In this document: positions 17,185 through 26,555 of the stretch, one piece after another
How the letters are laid out: every line of letters starts with the position of its first letter
Numbering within the stretch: position 1 is the stretch's first letter
The notes under the pieces: generated by a model
The model's database searches: none
What the model was told of the DNA's origin: nothing
What the model saw: only the letters and a program-made list of their open reading frames with translations
Assembly: GCA_965223265.1 (NCBI GenBank)
Contig: OZ244999.1
Span: 1,856,001-1,920,000, forward strand
Direction of reading: 5' to 3'
DNA length: 64,000 nt
Origin: Planctomycetota bacterium
Lineage (GTDB): Bacteria > Planctomycetota > UBA8108 > SXIK01
Position numbers and translations under genes: made by a program

Positions 17185-19761
17185 ATGGTGTTTCCCCGTC
17201 GTCCGGATGTCGCGATTCTTGTAGGCATCGCAACGATTTGTTTGCTCACGGCCACCACCACTTTTGGGAACGATCGCGCTGCACAGCCGCCGCGCACCGC
17301 ACTGCGTCCGGACCTCCTGCACCAACCCGGACTCTTGAAGGCTGAGTACATCTTCCACCAACCCCCTTTTCCTCATTGCCACGCGTCGACGATCGCGGAG
17401 ACGCGGTTGGGCCTCGTTTGCGCTTGGTTTGGCGGCACGGATGAGGGGGAGCCAGACGTCGGGATTTGGTTCTCACGGCAGCTTGGCCCCGACTGGACTC
17501 CACCTGTGGAACTAGCCAACGGTATTGTCCGCGACGGGGAACGGCATCCGTGTTGGAACCCGGTTCTCTTCTTCACACCGGGTGGGAAGTTGTTGCTCTT
17601 CTACAAGATCGGACCGGACCCTGACTCGTGGTGGGGGATGTTGGTTGAGTCTGACGATCACGGCACGACTTGGAACGCGCCTCGTCGTCTACCCCACGAC
17701 GTCTTCGGGCCGATTCGAGCCAAGCCGGTATTGCTCCCGGACGGCCGACTTCTTTGCGGATCGAGCACGGAAGATCAGGGATGGCGGGTGCACGTCGAGT
17801 GGACCGCCGATTTCGGTCACGCCTGGGGGCGTTCAGGCGCGCTGAACGACGGCAAGGAGTTCGCCGCGATTCAGCCGACCATTCTCACGCACACCGATGC
17901 GCGCCTGCAGATCCTCTGCCGCAGCGACGACAATCTTCGCCAGGCTTGGTCGAGCGACGGTGGCCATACCTGGACGAGGCTTGAGAAATCGACGCTGCCG
18001 AACCCGAGTGCAGGGATCGATGCGGTCAATCTGAAGGACGGTCGAAAGCTTCTCGTCTATAACCACTCCACGCGGCGAAGTGGCGGACGATCCAAATTGA
18101 ATGTGGCGCTTTCGGAAGACGGCCAGACCTGGCTAGCGGCGCTGAAACTCGAGGACGTCACACTCGATGACGGAAGCGGCGCCCACGGCGGGTATCCCGC
18201 GGCGATTCAAGCGAGCGACGGTCTTGTGCACGTGACGTATACCGGCTGGCGAAGCCAGCGGATTCATCACGTCGTGATCGACCCGAAACAACTTCAGGCG
18301 CGGCCAATGAACGACGATGGATCGTGGCCGGAGCCGACCCCGGACTACCTCGGCATCGTGAAGACCTATGCGGAGGTGCTGCTCGAAAACGGCCGCGACA
18401 CGTACGGCGCTGTCCATTCGCCGCTGGTAGCCGTCACTCTTCAGCGGCAGACGCGAAAGCTCCACGACGAATCCGGGCGCAAGGCTCTGTGGAATATCCG
18501 CCTCGACGACTGGGAAAACTGGGGCATTCGAAACTCCGACCGCATCTATTCCGGCGCCAACCCGATGCGGGATCAGAACCTTTATCAAGTGCTCTATGCG
18601 CTCACGGCCATCACGGGTGACGAGCACTATGCGCGTGAGGCGAATCGCACGCTTCGATGGTTCTTCGAGAACTGTCAAAGCCCGACGACCGGGCTTTTGG
18701 CGTGGGGCGAACATCTCGGCTGGGATTTCTTCGACGAGGTTCCGGTCGCCAAGCGAAAGGGCGATGGGATTCACGAATTCGCTCGGCCCTGGGTGTTGTG
18801 GGAGCGTTCCTTCGAGCTGGCGCCGTCGGCGTGCAAGCGATATGCACGAGGTCTTTGGGAGCATCAGATCGCCGACCACAAGACGGGGGACTTTTCTCGT
18901 CATGCGATGTGGGGACGGCACGATGTGGCTGTTGGCGATGGATATCCTCGCCACGGCGGGTTTTACATCACTACGTGGTCGGAAGCCTACGCGCGGTCCA
19001 AAGAGCCGGTTTTTCTCCAGGCCATTGACAAGCTCGTCGATCACTACAACCGCACAAGCCATCCACGAACGGGAGCGATTTCGTGCTGCACGCGCCCCGA
19101 GCGCGTCAGCATCATCTGGCCGGAGAGCAACCTCTCGCTCGCCGTCGACCTGTGGGACGCCGCAGCAAGAGTGCCGGTCGATCTGGCAGAGAAGATGCGG
19201 GCGCGAGCGCGCAAGACTGACGAGATTTACCTGAGCCTGGCTCACGACTTTAGCCCCGAAGGAAAAGGCTTCGTCTGCGGTGCGAACGCGGCAACTCTCG
19301 AGCGTAAGATCGACGGCGGCTGGACGGATAGTGATCTTTGGGCTACGAGCTACGGCAAGCCTACGGATGCACAGATCGTCCTTCTCTGCCATCTCCGCTA
19401 TCAGCAAACGAAGGACGAGCGATACAAGAGGCTGATACTTGCCTGCGCGTCGCGATACCTCAGTGGACCACCGCGGCGCCAAAGTGGACTTCACCCAATG
19501 ACTCTCGGGCACGTGATCAAGCTGATGCTGGTGGCTGAAGATCTTACGGGGGATAAAGCATTTCTTCGGCAGGCTCATCGATACGCTCGCATGGCCGTGC
19601 GGCTCTTCTTGCGTGATCAGCCGCTGCCGAGAGCCACATCGAAGTATCCGCACTACGAGGCCGTCAGCGGTGGAGACACACTCATGATGGCGTTCCTGGA
19701 GTTGTGGCTTCGTCAACACGACCCCAGTCACACCCTCAACTTGGTCTTCAGCGATCGGTGA
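17185..19761 (+). CDS. Secreted BNR/sialidase-like domain fused to a PL2-pectate-lyase-like helical domain
   Basis: HASTI, WNPVL, Asp-boxes (SDDHGTTW, SSDGGHTW, SEDGQTW) and YP; C-terminal half has QNLYQVLYAL...TGD..Y and GLLAWGEH. Confidence 0.7.
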   Translation: MVFPRRPDVAILVGIATICLLTATTTFGNDRAAQPPRTALRPDLLHQPGLLKAEYIFHQPPFPHCHASTIAETRLGLVCAWFGGTDEGEPDVGIWFSRQLGPDWTPPVELANGIVRDGERHPCWNPVLFFTPGGKLLLFYKIGPDPDSWWGMLVESDDHGTTWNAPRRLPHDVFGPIRAKPVLLPDGRLLCGSSTEDQGWRVHVEWTADFGHAWGRSGALNDGKEFAAIQPTILTHTDARLQILCRSDDNLRQAWSSDGGHTWTRLEKSTLPNPSAGIDAVNLKDGRKLLVYNHSTRRSGGRSKLNVALSEDGQTWLAALKLEDVTLDDGSGAHGGYPAAIQASDGLVHVTYTGWRSQRIHHVVIDPKQLQARPMNDDGSWPEPTPDYLGIVKTYAEVLLENGRDTYGAVHSPLVAVTLQRQTRKLHDESGRKALWNIRLDDWENWGIRNSDRIYSGANPMRDQNLYQVLYALTAITGDEHYAREANRTLRWFFENCQSPTTGLLAWGEHLGWDFFDEVPVAKRKGDGIHEFARPWVLWERSFELAPSACKRYARGLWEHQIADHKTGDFSRHAMWGRHDVAVGDGYPRHGGFYITTWSEAYARSKEPVFLQAIDKLVDHYNRTSHPRTGAISCCTRPERVSIIWPESNLSLAVDLWDAAARVPVDLAEKMRARARKTDEIYLSLAHDFSPEGKGFVCGANAATLERKIDGGWTDSDLWATSYGKPTDAQIVLLCHLRYQQTKDERYKRLILACASRYLSGPPRRQSGLHPMTLGHVIKLMLVAEDLTGDKAFLRQAHRYARMAVRLFLRDQPLPRATSKYPHYEAVSGGDTLMMAFLELWLRQHDPSHTLNLVFSDR

Positions 19762-20127
19762 GGTGAGTCGGTCCCCGTGGCATGAGAACGTCTCACGAAG
19801 TGTGGTCGGGCCTTGAAAGCGAAGAGGCGGCGATCGTTGTTGCGACGGCGAAACCTTGCTGTCTGCTTGATTTCCGCGGCTCCGGACGGCTCCGGACGGC
19901 TCCGCTTCGCCGCCAAAACGCAGACAGGCGAGAGGATCGGCCTTCTCATGTCGCCGACAGCGACTTGAGAAGGCCAGCTGTAGCAGCGACACTGTTTGCG
20001 ACGGCTCGAAGGTCGTCGACGCCGTCGAGCCGTTCTCGCCGGCGAACGCGAGAGACTGCCTGGTAGCAAGCGGTTGTTCATCGGTCGTCGGCGCACGACG
20101 CGATGCGGCACATGGAAGGAGACGATC

Positions 20128-21162
20128 ATGCTCAACGACAGCCATCGGACCGCGTTGACTCTACTGCTGGCGCTGGTGCTGAACCTTCCGTTGTCCGCGG
20201 CGGAACACCAGTTTCTGTGGCAGACCAACTCCGCCGGCGATGACGTGCATGTCATCGACACGGCGGAGAACAAGGTCGTCCGTCGCATCGTTGTTGGCTC
20301 CCAGCCCCATGGCATCGCGGCGCCCGACGACGCGAGTGTCGTGTTCGTGTCCATCGAAGCCTTCGCGCAAAAGAGCGGTGAGCTGATTTGGATTGACCCG
20401 GTGACCTACGAGATCCCTCACCGCCTGCCGATCGGGCCGAAGCCGAATCACCTCGCATGCACTCCTGACGGTGAGTGGGTCTATGTGCCTTGTAATGACG
20501 AGAATTACTGGGTGATCAACGCGAACACTCGTCGTGTCGTCAAAAAAATCCATACGGGCGGTCGACCGCACAACACGACTGCTTCACGCGACGGTCGCTG
20601 GATGTATCTGTCGCCGATCGGTCGGCACCATGTCACGATAGTCGACGTCGAGGCGGGGCATGAAGTCGTCGGTAAACTGCCGTTTTCCGATTCCGTTAGG
20701 CCACCTGCACTCTCGGCGGACAACAAACGGTTTTTTCAGAACGTCGACGGGTTGATCGGGTTCGAGGTGGCGGACATTCCTGCACGCAAGCTCGTGGCAC
20801 GCGTCGAACACAAGATTCCCTCCGGCTACGAGGGGAAGAAGAGTCGCTGCCACGGACTGGCGATTCGACCCGATCAGAAAGAAATCTGGTCCTGCAATGT
20901 CGAGCATCGCACTGTGCATGTGCATGACATCACAAAGCCGAACTACCCTGAGGTGGCGGCCGTTCGGATGATTGGGCGTATCTATTGGCTCTGTTTTTCT
21001 CCAGACAGTCGCTACGCCTATGTGGCCGTGCGCAGCGAGAAAAAAGTTTGCGTCGTCGATACCGCAACGAAAGAGATCGTGACTCACGTTGGCGTCGGCG
21101 AAGTACCCAAGCGGAACCTGGTCATCACGCTTCGCCAGCCGGCGAAAGCGGCGTCCCGATGA
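20128..21162 (+). CDS. Secreted YVTN/YncE-type beta-propeller protein
   Basis: Signal peptide; repeated V.VID...V...I.VG..PH units; SD AGGAG. Confidence 0.85.
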   Translation: MLNDSHRTALTLLLALVLNLPLSAAEHQFLWQTNSAGDDVHVIDTAENKVVRRIVVGSQPHGIAAPDDASVVFVSIEAFAQKSGELIWIDPVTYEIPHRLPIGPKPNHLACTPDGEWVYVPCNDENYWVINANTRRVVKKIHTGGRPHNTTASRDGRWMYLSPIGRHHVTIVDVEAGHEVVGKLPFSDSVRPPALSADNKRFFQNVDGLIGFEVADIPARKLVARVEHKIPSGYEGKKSRCHGLAIRPDQKEIWSCNVEHRTVHVHDITKPNYPEVAAVRMIGRIYWLCFSPDSRYAYVAVRSEKKVCVVDTATKEIVTHVGVGEVPKRNLVITLRQPAKAASR

Positions 21163-21656
21163 ATTTACGCTCGTGTTTCGTTCGCGCCGTTAGTTGCGTT
21201 TCCGTTGCGCTGAGCTGCGTGAGCGGTTGTGACGGAAATGGCAGCTCAGCGAAACTCTACCTTGAGCTCGGACGGGCGCGGTATGAAACTAGCTGCGCGG
21301 CGTGTCATGCGGCGGACGGTGGTGGGCGACCAGGGGTGGCGTCGCCCCTGGCTGGCTCGGAGTGGGTCACCGCAGACGAGGGCATTCTCATCCGTATCGC
21401 GCTTCATGGCGTCCGCGGCGAAATTGTGGTGAAGGGCAAGACGTACAACCTTGAGATGCCTGGCTTTCATACCGTGTTTGGGGATCAGGATCTCGCCGCG
21501 ATTCTCTCCTACGTGCGGCAGGCTTGGGGGAACCGCGCCGAGCCCATTGAGCCGGCGACCGTGGCTCAACTCCGCAGCGCCTTCCAGGGGCGCGGGGATT
21601 CATGGACGGCGGCGGAGCTCATGCGGCTCGACCCGGCGGCGTTCAACGCGCCTTAG
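21159..21656 (+). CDS. Monoheme cytochrome c lipoprotein
   Basis: VSGC lipobox, CAACH, distal MPG and YVRQAWGN; ATGA overlap with the upstream gene. Confidence 0.85.
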   Translation: MNLRSCFVRAVSCVSVALSCVSGCDGNGSSAKLYLELGRARYETSCAACHAADGGGRPGVASPLAGSEWVTADEGILIRIALHGVRGEIVVKGKTYNLEMPGFHTVFGDQDLAAILSYVRQAWGNRAEPIEPATVAQLRSAFQGRGDSWTAAELMRLDPAAFNAP

Positions 21657-21739
21657 CTGCCGCCGGCCAGGGTCGCCGGCTGAGCTCGATTTCGACGGGT
21701 TGGCGGCCTTGTTGGATTTCGGCAACGCTCCCCGGTCGT

Positions 21740-23002
21740 CTATCCCTTCGTGCCGACCGCGTAGAGAAACGTGTCACTGCGAAGGTAAAGACGGTCGTGG
21801 GCTACAATTGGGCTGGCGTTGAACGTGCTCTTGTCGTTGAGTTGGTTGTGAGCGATCTGCTCGAACTGCGGTGACGCGCGAAGAACGAACGTGCCGCTTT
21901 TGCGCGTGACGATGAACACTTTGCCGTCAGCGAAAGTCGCCGACGCGTAGGGTTGGCCTTCGAAATCGCGCTCATGGACGATCTCGCCGTCGGCGAGACG
22001 CAAGCAATAGGCTCTCTTGTTGCGATCGCTGACCCAGTACATGTGGCCGTTGTGAATGACGGGGGAGGAAACGTTGGCCCCTGCCTTCGCTTCCCAGAGC
22101 CGGTGCGAGTCTGTAACATTGCCGCGGCCTCCTGTCCGCACCGCGATGGCGCGAGAAGCGCGCCCCCCGATCACATAAACAACACCGTCGTGGGACACGA
22201 CGCTGGGGCAAACGTAATCTTGGATTCCTTCGCAGTGCCAAAGTTCCTTTCCGGAGCGGGGGTCGAACGCTAGTAGCTTGCCTTGAATGCTGACAACGAG
22301 TTCCGCGCGGCCCTTCCCGTTTTTCACCACGTGTGGGGTGTTCCACGACTGTTTCATGCCGCTGGCGCGCCACGCCTCCTCGCCGGAGGATTTGTGGAAT
22401 GCAATCAGGGCGCCGCTTTCGACGCTGGCGTTGACGATGACTAAATCGTCGTAGAGCACGGGCGAGGTTCCGCACCCCCACGGGTGGGTGTTCTCCCCCG
22501 TCGCGGCACGCCAGACTTGGTTGCCTTCGAGATCGAATTTGAACAAGCCACTCTTGCCAAAGTAGACGTAGACGTGCTTGCCATCAGTGGCCGGCGTGGC
22601 AGCCGCGTAGCCGTGATCGCGCACGGTCTCGGCCTCCGGGAGCGATGGCTCAACGACGGTCTCCCACTCGATCGCTGCGTCCTTGCGATTGACGCAAACT
22701 ACGTGAAGTTTTAGATCTTCCATCTTGCCGAACTTTTTCGGATACGTGCCGTATCCGCTATAGCACGTCAAGTAGAGACGGTCGCCGAGCGCAATCGGGC
22801 TCGACGCGCCGCGACCGGGGAGCTTCAGTTTCCACACGAGATTCTGCGTGTCGCTCCAGTGACTCGGGATCCCCGTGGCTTCAGCGACACCCAGGCCGCC
22901 GGGACCTCGGAATTGGGGCCAGTCCTTGGCGACGAGCTTCGTCGGCTGCAGCGCCGGGGCGACAAACACTAGTAGACACAAGATGAGGATCCGATGGGGC
23001 AC
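21740..23002 (-). CDS. PQQ-binding-like beta-propeller protein (BamB-like, planctomycete type)
   Basis: DWPQFRGP, LPGRGASSPI and ASP...RLYLRS; GTG start after AGGAG. Confidence 0.88.
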   Translation of the reverse strand: MPHRILILCLLVFVAPALQPTKLVAKDWPQFRGPGGLGVAEATGIPSHWSDTQNLVWKLKLPGRGASSPIALGDRLYLTCYSGYGTYPKKFGKMEDLKLHVVCVNRKDAAIEWETVVEPSLPEAETVRDHGYAAATPATDGKHVYVYFGKSGLFKFDLEGNQVWRAATGENTHPWGCGTSPVLYDDLVIVNASVESGALIAFHKSSGEEAWRASGMKQSWNTPHVVKNGKGRAELVVSIQGKLLAFDPRSGKELWHCEGIQDYVCPSVVSHDGVVYVIGGRASRAIAVRTGGRGNVTDSHRLWEAKAGANVSSPVIHNGHMYWVSDRNKRAYCLRLADGEIVHERDFEGQPYASATFADGKVFIVTRKSGTFVLRASPQFEQIAHNQLNDKSTFNASPIVAHDRLYLRSDTFLYAVGTKG

Positions 23003-23417
23003 GACGCTGACTCTCCTGATAGCTTTGAAACGTTGAAGACCGACCGAGCCACATGATAACAGGGCCGGGGGGGGGCGGAAAAGTTCCCATAATGACCTCG
23101 CTCCGCGCGTGGTGAGGGCACGCGGTGCGGCTCGGCGGCAGCGACGCGACCGCCGGCGGCGCCGAAACGTGCCTGGATGTCGATCAGGCGCATCCCCCTG
23201 GCCAGGCGCGCCTACGGATTCGCCGATGGTGTGATAATGCTGCACAATTCGGGCGGAGAAAAAAAAACTCACGGGATTCTTGGCGCCAGATACTGGAGAA
23301 CTGAGCTCACACTCTCTACAATCACCGCTTCTTGCTCTCCAGCAGTGTCGGAGGGCGATTCTCATTGCTCTGGGCTTGACTCTCGGAGCACCACGATTCC
23401 ATGAGGAGCACCGAGAC

Positions 23418-23699
23418 TTGGTTCAGAAGCTTTACGTTGGAAATCTTCCCTTCAGCGCGACGGAGGGAGACGTGCGGGAGCTTTTTGCTCAGCACGGTGA
23501 AGTCATCTCTGTGAGTTTGATTTCTGATCGCGAGACAGGTCGTCCGCGCGGTTTTGGTTTTGTCGAGATGGAAAGCTCAGCAGCGAGCGCAGCAATCGAG
23601 GCGCTCAATGGGGCAGAACTCGATGGCCGAGCCCTCAAAGTGAACGAGGCGCGGGAACGAGGCGGCGGCGGCGGCGGCGGCGGTGGACGGAGATACTGA
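23418..23699 (+). CDS. RRM RNA-binding protein with Gly-rich tail
   Basis: RNP2 LYVGNL and RNP1 RGFGFVEM; TTG start after GAGGAG. Confidence 0.93.
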   Translation: MVQKLYVGNLPFSATEGDVRELFAQHGEVISVSLISDRETGRPRGFGFVEMESSAASAAIEALNGAELDGRALKVNEARERGGGGGGGGGRRY

Positions 23700-23726
23700 C
23701 GCCCCGAGAGCTTAGAATTCAAAGAG

Positions 23727-23778
23727 TCTCAGCGTATGGGCCCGCTTCTGAGAGGGAGCTGGCGCCATACGCTGAGTT
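23727..23778 (+). terminator. Stem-loop downstream of the RRM gene
   Basis: CTCAGCGTATGG pairs with CCATACGCTGAG; T tract is weak. Confidence 0.45.
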
Positions 23779-23926
23779 GATTAACGGAGCGTGCCTGGGA
23801 GGGCCACCAGCATGTGGCTGCGTCAGTGAGGGCTGACCGATTCACGGTTGGCTCAAGCTGTCGCCGAAAACATCCCAGCCGAACACTCTGTCGGCGCGCG
23901 CGTCTCGGCCTCGACTGTGCTGCGAT

Positions 23927-25153
23927 GTGAACGCCAGAGACCGAGAGACAACGAGTACGTCAAGCATGAGGCGGACAGCAACGGTGCGCGGAGAGACGAT
24001 ACGTCAACAGACTACGAGGCTTCCTTCGGACGCCGCGACGGCGGATGTGAAGGACGCTAAACAACGACTCGATTCGAGTTCTAAATCGAGCGCAGACCAT
24101 ATCGACGCGATGGTGGTCGGCGACGATGAACTTCGCGACGGCCGCCGCCTGGTGCGTGAAACGCGCCCGTTCGCCCGCGAGCGACGCTGGCAGAGTTGGT
24201 GGTGTACGCTTTCTTCCCTTGCCGCCTTCTGTGCTGCGATCGCGGTGGTTTGCCTCGACATTTCCTGGTGGATCCGAGTCCCTCTCAGCGTCGTGATCGG
24301 ACTTTTGCATGTCCGACTCTTTGTCATCCACCACGATTTTCTGCATGGCACGATTCTGGAGCACTCACCTTTGGCGACGACACTGTTTCGCCTGTATGGG
24401 CTCTTCGCGTTGTCGCCCGCAAGCGTCTGGAAAGCCACTCATGACCACCACCATTTGAACAATTCGCGCAAGTTTGGTGTCGACAGCGTTGGCTCGTTCC
24501 CCGTCATGTCGACCGACGAGTTTCGCGCTGCCACCCGACGGGAGCGTTTGGTCTACACGATCTCGCGTCATCCCCTGACGATCGCTTTCGGCTACCTGAC
24601 GGTGTTTCTCTGGAGCTTGTGCATCCGTCCGTTTTTGACGAATCCGCGTCGGCACCTTGACGGTGGAATTGCCGCCCTCTTTCACATCGGCCTGGTCGCG
24701 GTGCTGGGGTACTTCCGGCCGGACATCATGGTGCTTGTGTTCATCATTCCGTACACGATCGCGTGCGCCTTGGGAGCCTACCTGTTCTATGCCCAACACA
24801 CCTTTCCCGGCGCCAAATTGAGGGTCGAGGACGAATGGGATTACGTCTTCGCCGCCCTCCGCTCGTCCAGCCTCATCAAGATGAATCCGGTGATGCAGTG
24901 GTTCACTGCGAATATCGGATACCATCACATTCATCACCTGAATGCTCACATCCCCTTCTATCGGCTGCCAGAAGCCATGCACGCGTTTAAGGAGCTGCAG
25001 TCGCCAACGACTACGTCGCTCCGACCCGGCGACATTGCCCAGTGCTTACGGTTGAACCTCTGGGACCCTGAAAAGGACAGCTTCGTCAGTTTCGCTGAGG
25101 AACGGGAGGCTCGGACTCAGGCTCAAGCGGCCGGGCAGTCGACGGAGGACTGA
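23927..25153 (+). CDS. Membrane fatty acid desaturase; start uncertain
   Basis: Three His boxes HHDFLH, HDHHH and HHIHH; IPFYRL; TM segments. Confidence 0.92.
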   Translation: MNARDRETTSTSSMRRTATVRGETIRQQTTRLPSDAATADVKDAKQRLDSSSKSSADHIDAMVVGDDELRDGRRLVRETRPFARERRWQSWWCTLSSLAAFCAAIAVVCLDISWWIRVPLSVVIGLLHVRLFVIHHDFLHGTILEHSPLATTLFRLYGLFALSPASVWKATHDHHHLNNSRKFGVDSVGSFPVMSTDEFRAATRRERLVYTISRHPLTIAFGYLTVFLWSLCIRPFLTNPRRHLDGGIAALFHIGLVAVLGYFRPDIMVLVFIIPYTIACALGAYLFYAQHTFPGAKLRVEDEWDYVFAALRSSSLIKMNPVMQWFTANIGYHHIHHLNAHIPFYRLPEAMHAFKELQSPTTTSLRPGDIAQCLRLNLWDPEKDSFVSFAEEREARTQAQAAGQSTED

Positions 25154-25208
25154 GCCGCCGCCGTATCCGTATCCGCGTCGAGTGTTTCCGGCTTGTGCTC
25201 GATTGGAA

Positions 25209-25934
25209 CTACGTCGTAGGCTCCGCAGTCGCGCTTTCTGTGAGATGTGAGACAAGGAGCTCTACAGTCGGGTGTTCGCGAAGCCGTTCGTGTTCGCTGC
25301 GCACGAAGATCACTAGCTCTCTTTCCTCCTCGAGCGAGAGGTGAATTCCCGTCAGTTCTGCCGCTTGTTCCCCGCGGCACTTGAGCTTGATCCACGTGTC
25401 GCAGCAGCTGTCGAGCTCGACCAGGCTCCGATACTCGAACACGTCGTGCATCGACGGTGAAGCATCCGCGTACTTCGAAAGCTGGAGCAGTTCCGTGCCG
25501 TAGCGGTTCGAGTAGCGGATGTGTCCCGCTGAGTATTCGAACACACCCAATGACAGCGGCGCTGGGCGTGGCTGGGCGCCAAGCACCGAATCTACCGCTG
25601 ACACCGCCGTGTCTGAGGTCAGGGGTTTTTGCAGAACGGCTGAGACGCCGAGGCGATCAATCGCTGCGGTGGTCTTGGGGTCCGTGTTGGCGTCTGTGAC
25701 GACGGCTCGTGTGTCGGGTTGGATCGACCGCAACGCGCTGATTGCCTCGAGGGTCGTGATTCTGCCGTGCGTGCCAGCGTCCGCGAAGATTACGTTGGGC
25801 CTGAATGCAACTGCGATTCTGATGGCATGACTAGGGTCGCCCGTCAGCTGAATCGTGTGTCCCTGCGCCTGCAGGGCGAGTCCGAGCTGCATCGATCGCA
25901 GACTATCGGTGTGAATGCAGAGGATGCGAGCCAT
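25209..25934 (-). CDS. Atypical receiver-domain protein with PAS-like C-terminus
   Basis: ARILCI, PNVIFAD and LQKP give receiver spacing but the acidic pair is missing; GHIRYSN resembles a PAS start. Confidence 0.6.
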   Translation of the reverse strand: MARILCIHTDSLRSMQLGLALQAQGHTIQLTGDPSHAIRIAVAFRPNVIFADAGTHGRITTLEAISALRSIQPDTRAVVTDANTDPKTTAAIDRLGVSAVLQKPLTSDTAVSAVDSVLGAQPRPAPLSLGVFEYSAGHIRYSNRYGTELLQLSKYADASPSMHDVFEYRSLVELDSCCDTWIKLKCRGEQAAELTGIHLSLEEERELVIFVRSEHERLREHPTVELLVSHLTESATAEPTT

Positions 25935-26268
25935 TCGTTTTCCTTTGCGAAGATGGGCCTGCCCGGACGCTTCTCCCGCCGCGAAGCGAATCGATGGAAT
26001 CATGTTGGCCTTTGGCGGCCTGGCGACTAGATATATCGGTGCCCACTTCGGTCTTCGTTGAACGGATTCTGATGGTTTGTAACTGGTCCACGAGTAAGCG
26101 TTTGTGGATTGTTTGTTGTTTGTACAGTGCGGGTGAGTGTGTGCCTGCCCGGACTACTCGCGACGTGAGTCCGCTGCGGGCCACGCGTTGGTCTTGTCGT
26201 TGGTTGATCCAGCTCGAAGGTAGCGGCCGGTAACGAGGTGAAGGAGTAGACTTGAAGGAGGAGCGTTG

Positions 26269-26527
26269 ACCTCGAGATTGGCTATTTCGCGTCGAGCCTG
26301 GGAACCCCAGGAGCGTCGAGGCCAAGGAGTGACTCGGGCGCGATCCGCTCGGGATGGCGAGGGACCGGCGCAGGCATCGGCGCTTCTAACCTAACGCTAG
26401 GGTTCTCTCGAGGCCGGACAGAAGTTTTTGAACACGCACAAGTGCCCTCAGGGTAAAAAAGTCGAGAAGGCCTGTGAGCCCCGGCAAACTCGTCCGGCGA
26501 GGCCGACGCGAAATGGCAAAACTCGAG
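26269..26527. repeat. Family B MITE-like element, complete ~260-bp copy
   Basis: Ends CTCGAGATTGGCTATTTCGCG...CGCGAAATGGCAAAACTCGAG; the body matches 42727-42970 (inverted) and 45722-45850. Confidence 0.82.
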
Positions 26528-26555
26528 TAGTCGAGCTGTCGCGCGGAGTTTTGGC

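Noticed and set aside
19876-19905. Short tandem repeat (CGGCTCCGGA) x ~2.8
   Set aside because: Too short and isolated to support a function.
18133-20145. 670-aa minus-strand ORF
   Set aside because: Antisense shadow of the sialidase-like gene with no motifs; typical of GC-rich DNA.
23660-23685. (GGC)n microsatellite as a phase-variation tract
   Set aside because: It is an in-frame triplet encoding the normal Gly-rich tail of RRM proteins. The (GTC)n run near 55975-55995 likewise encodes an Arg tract.
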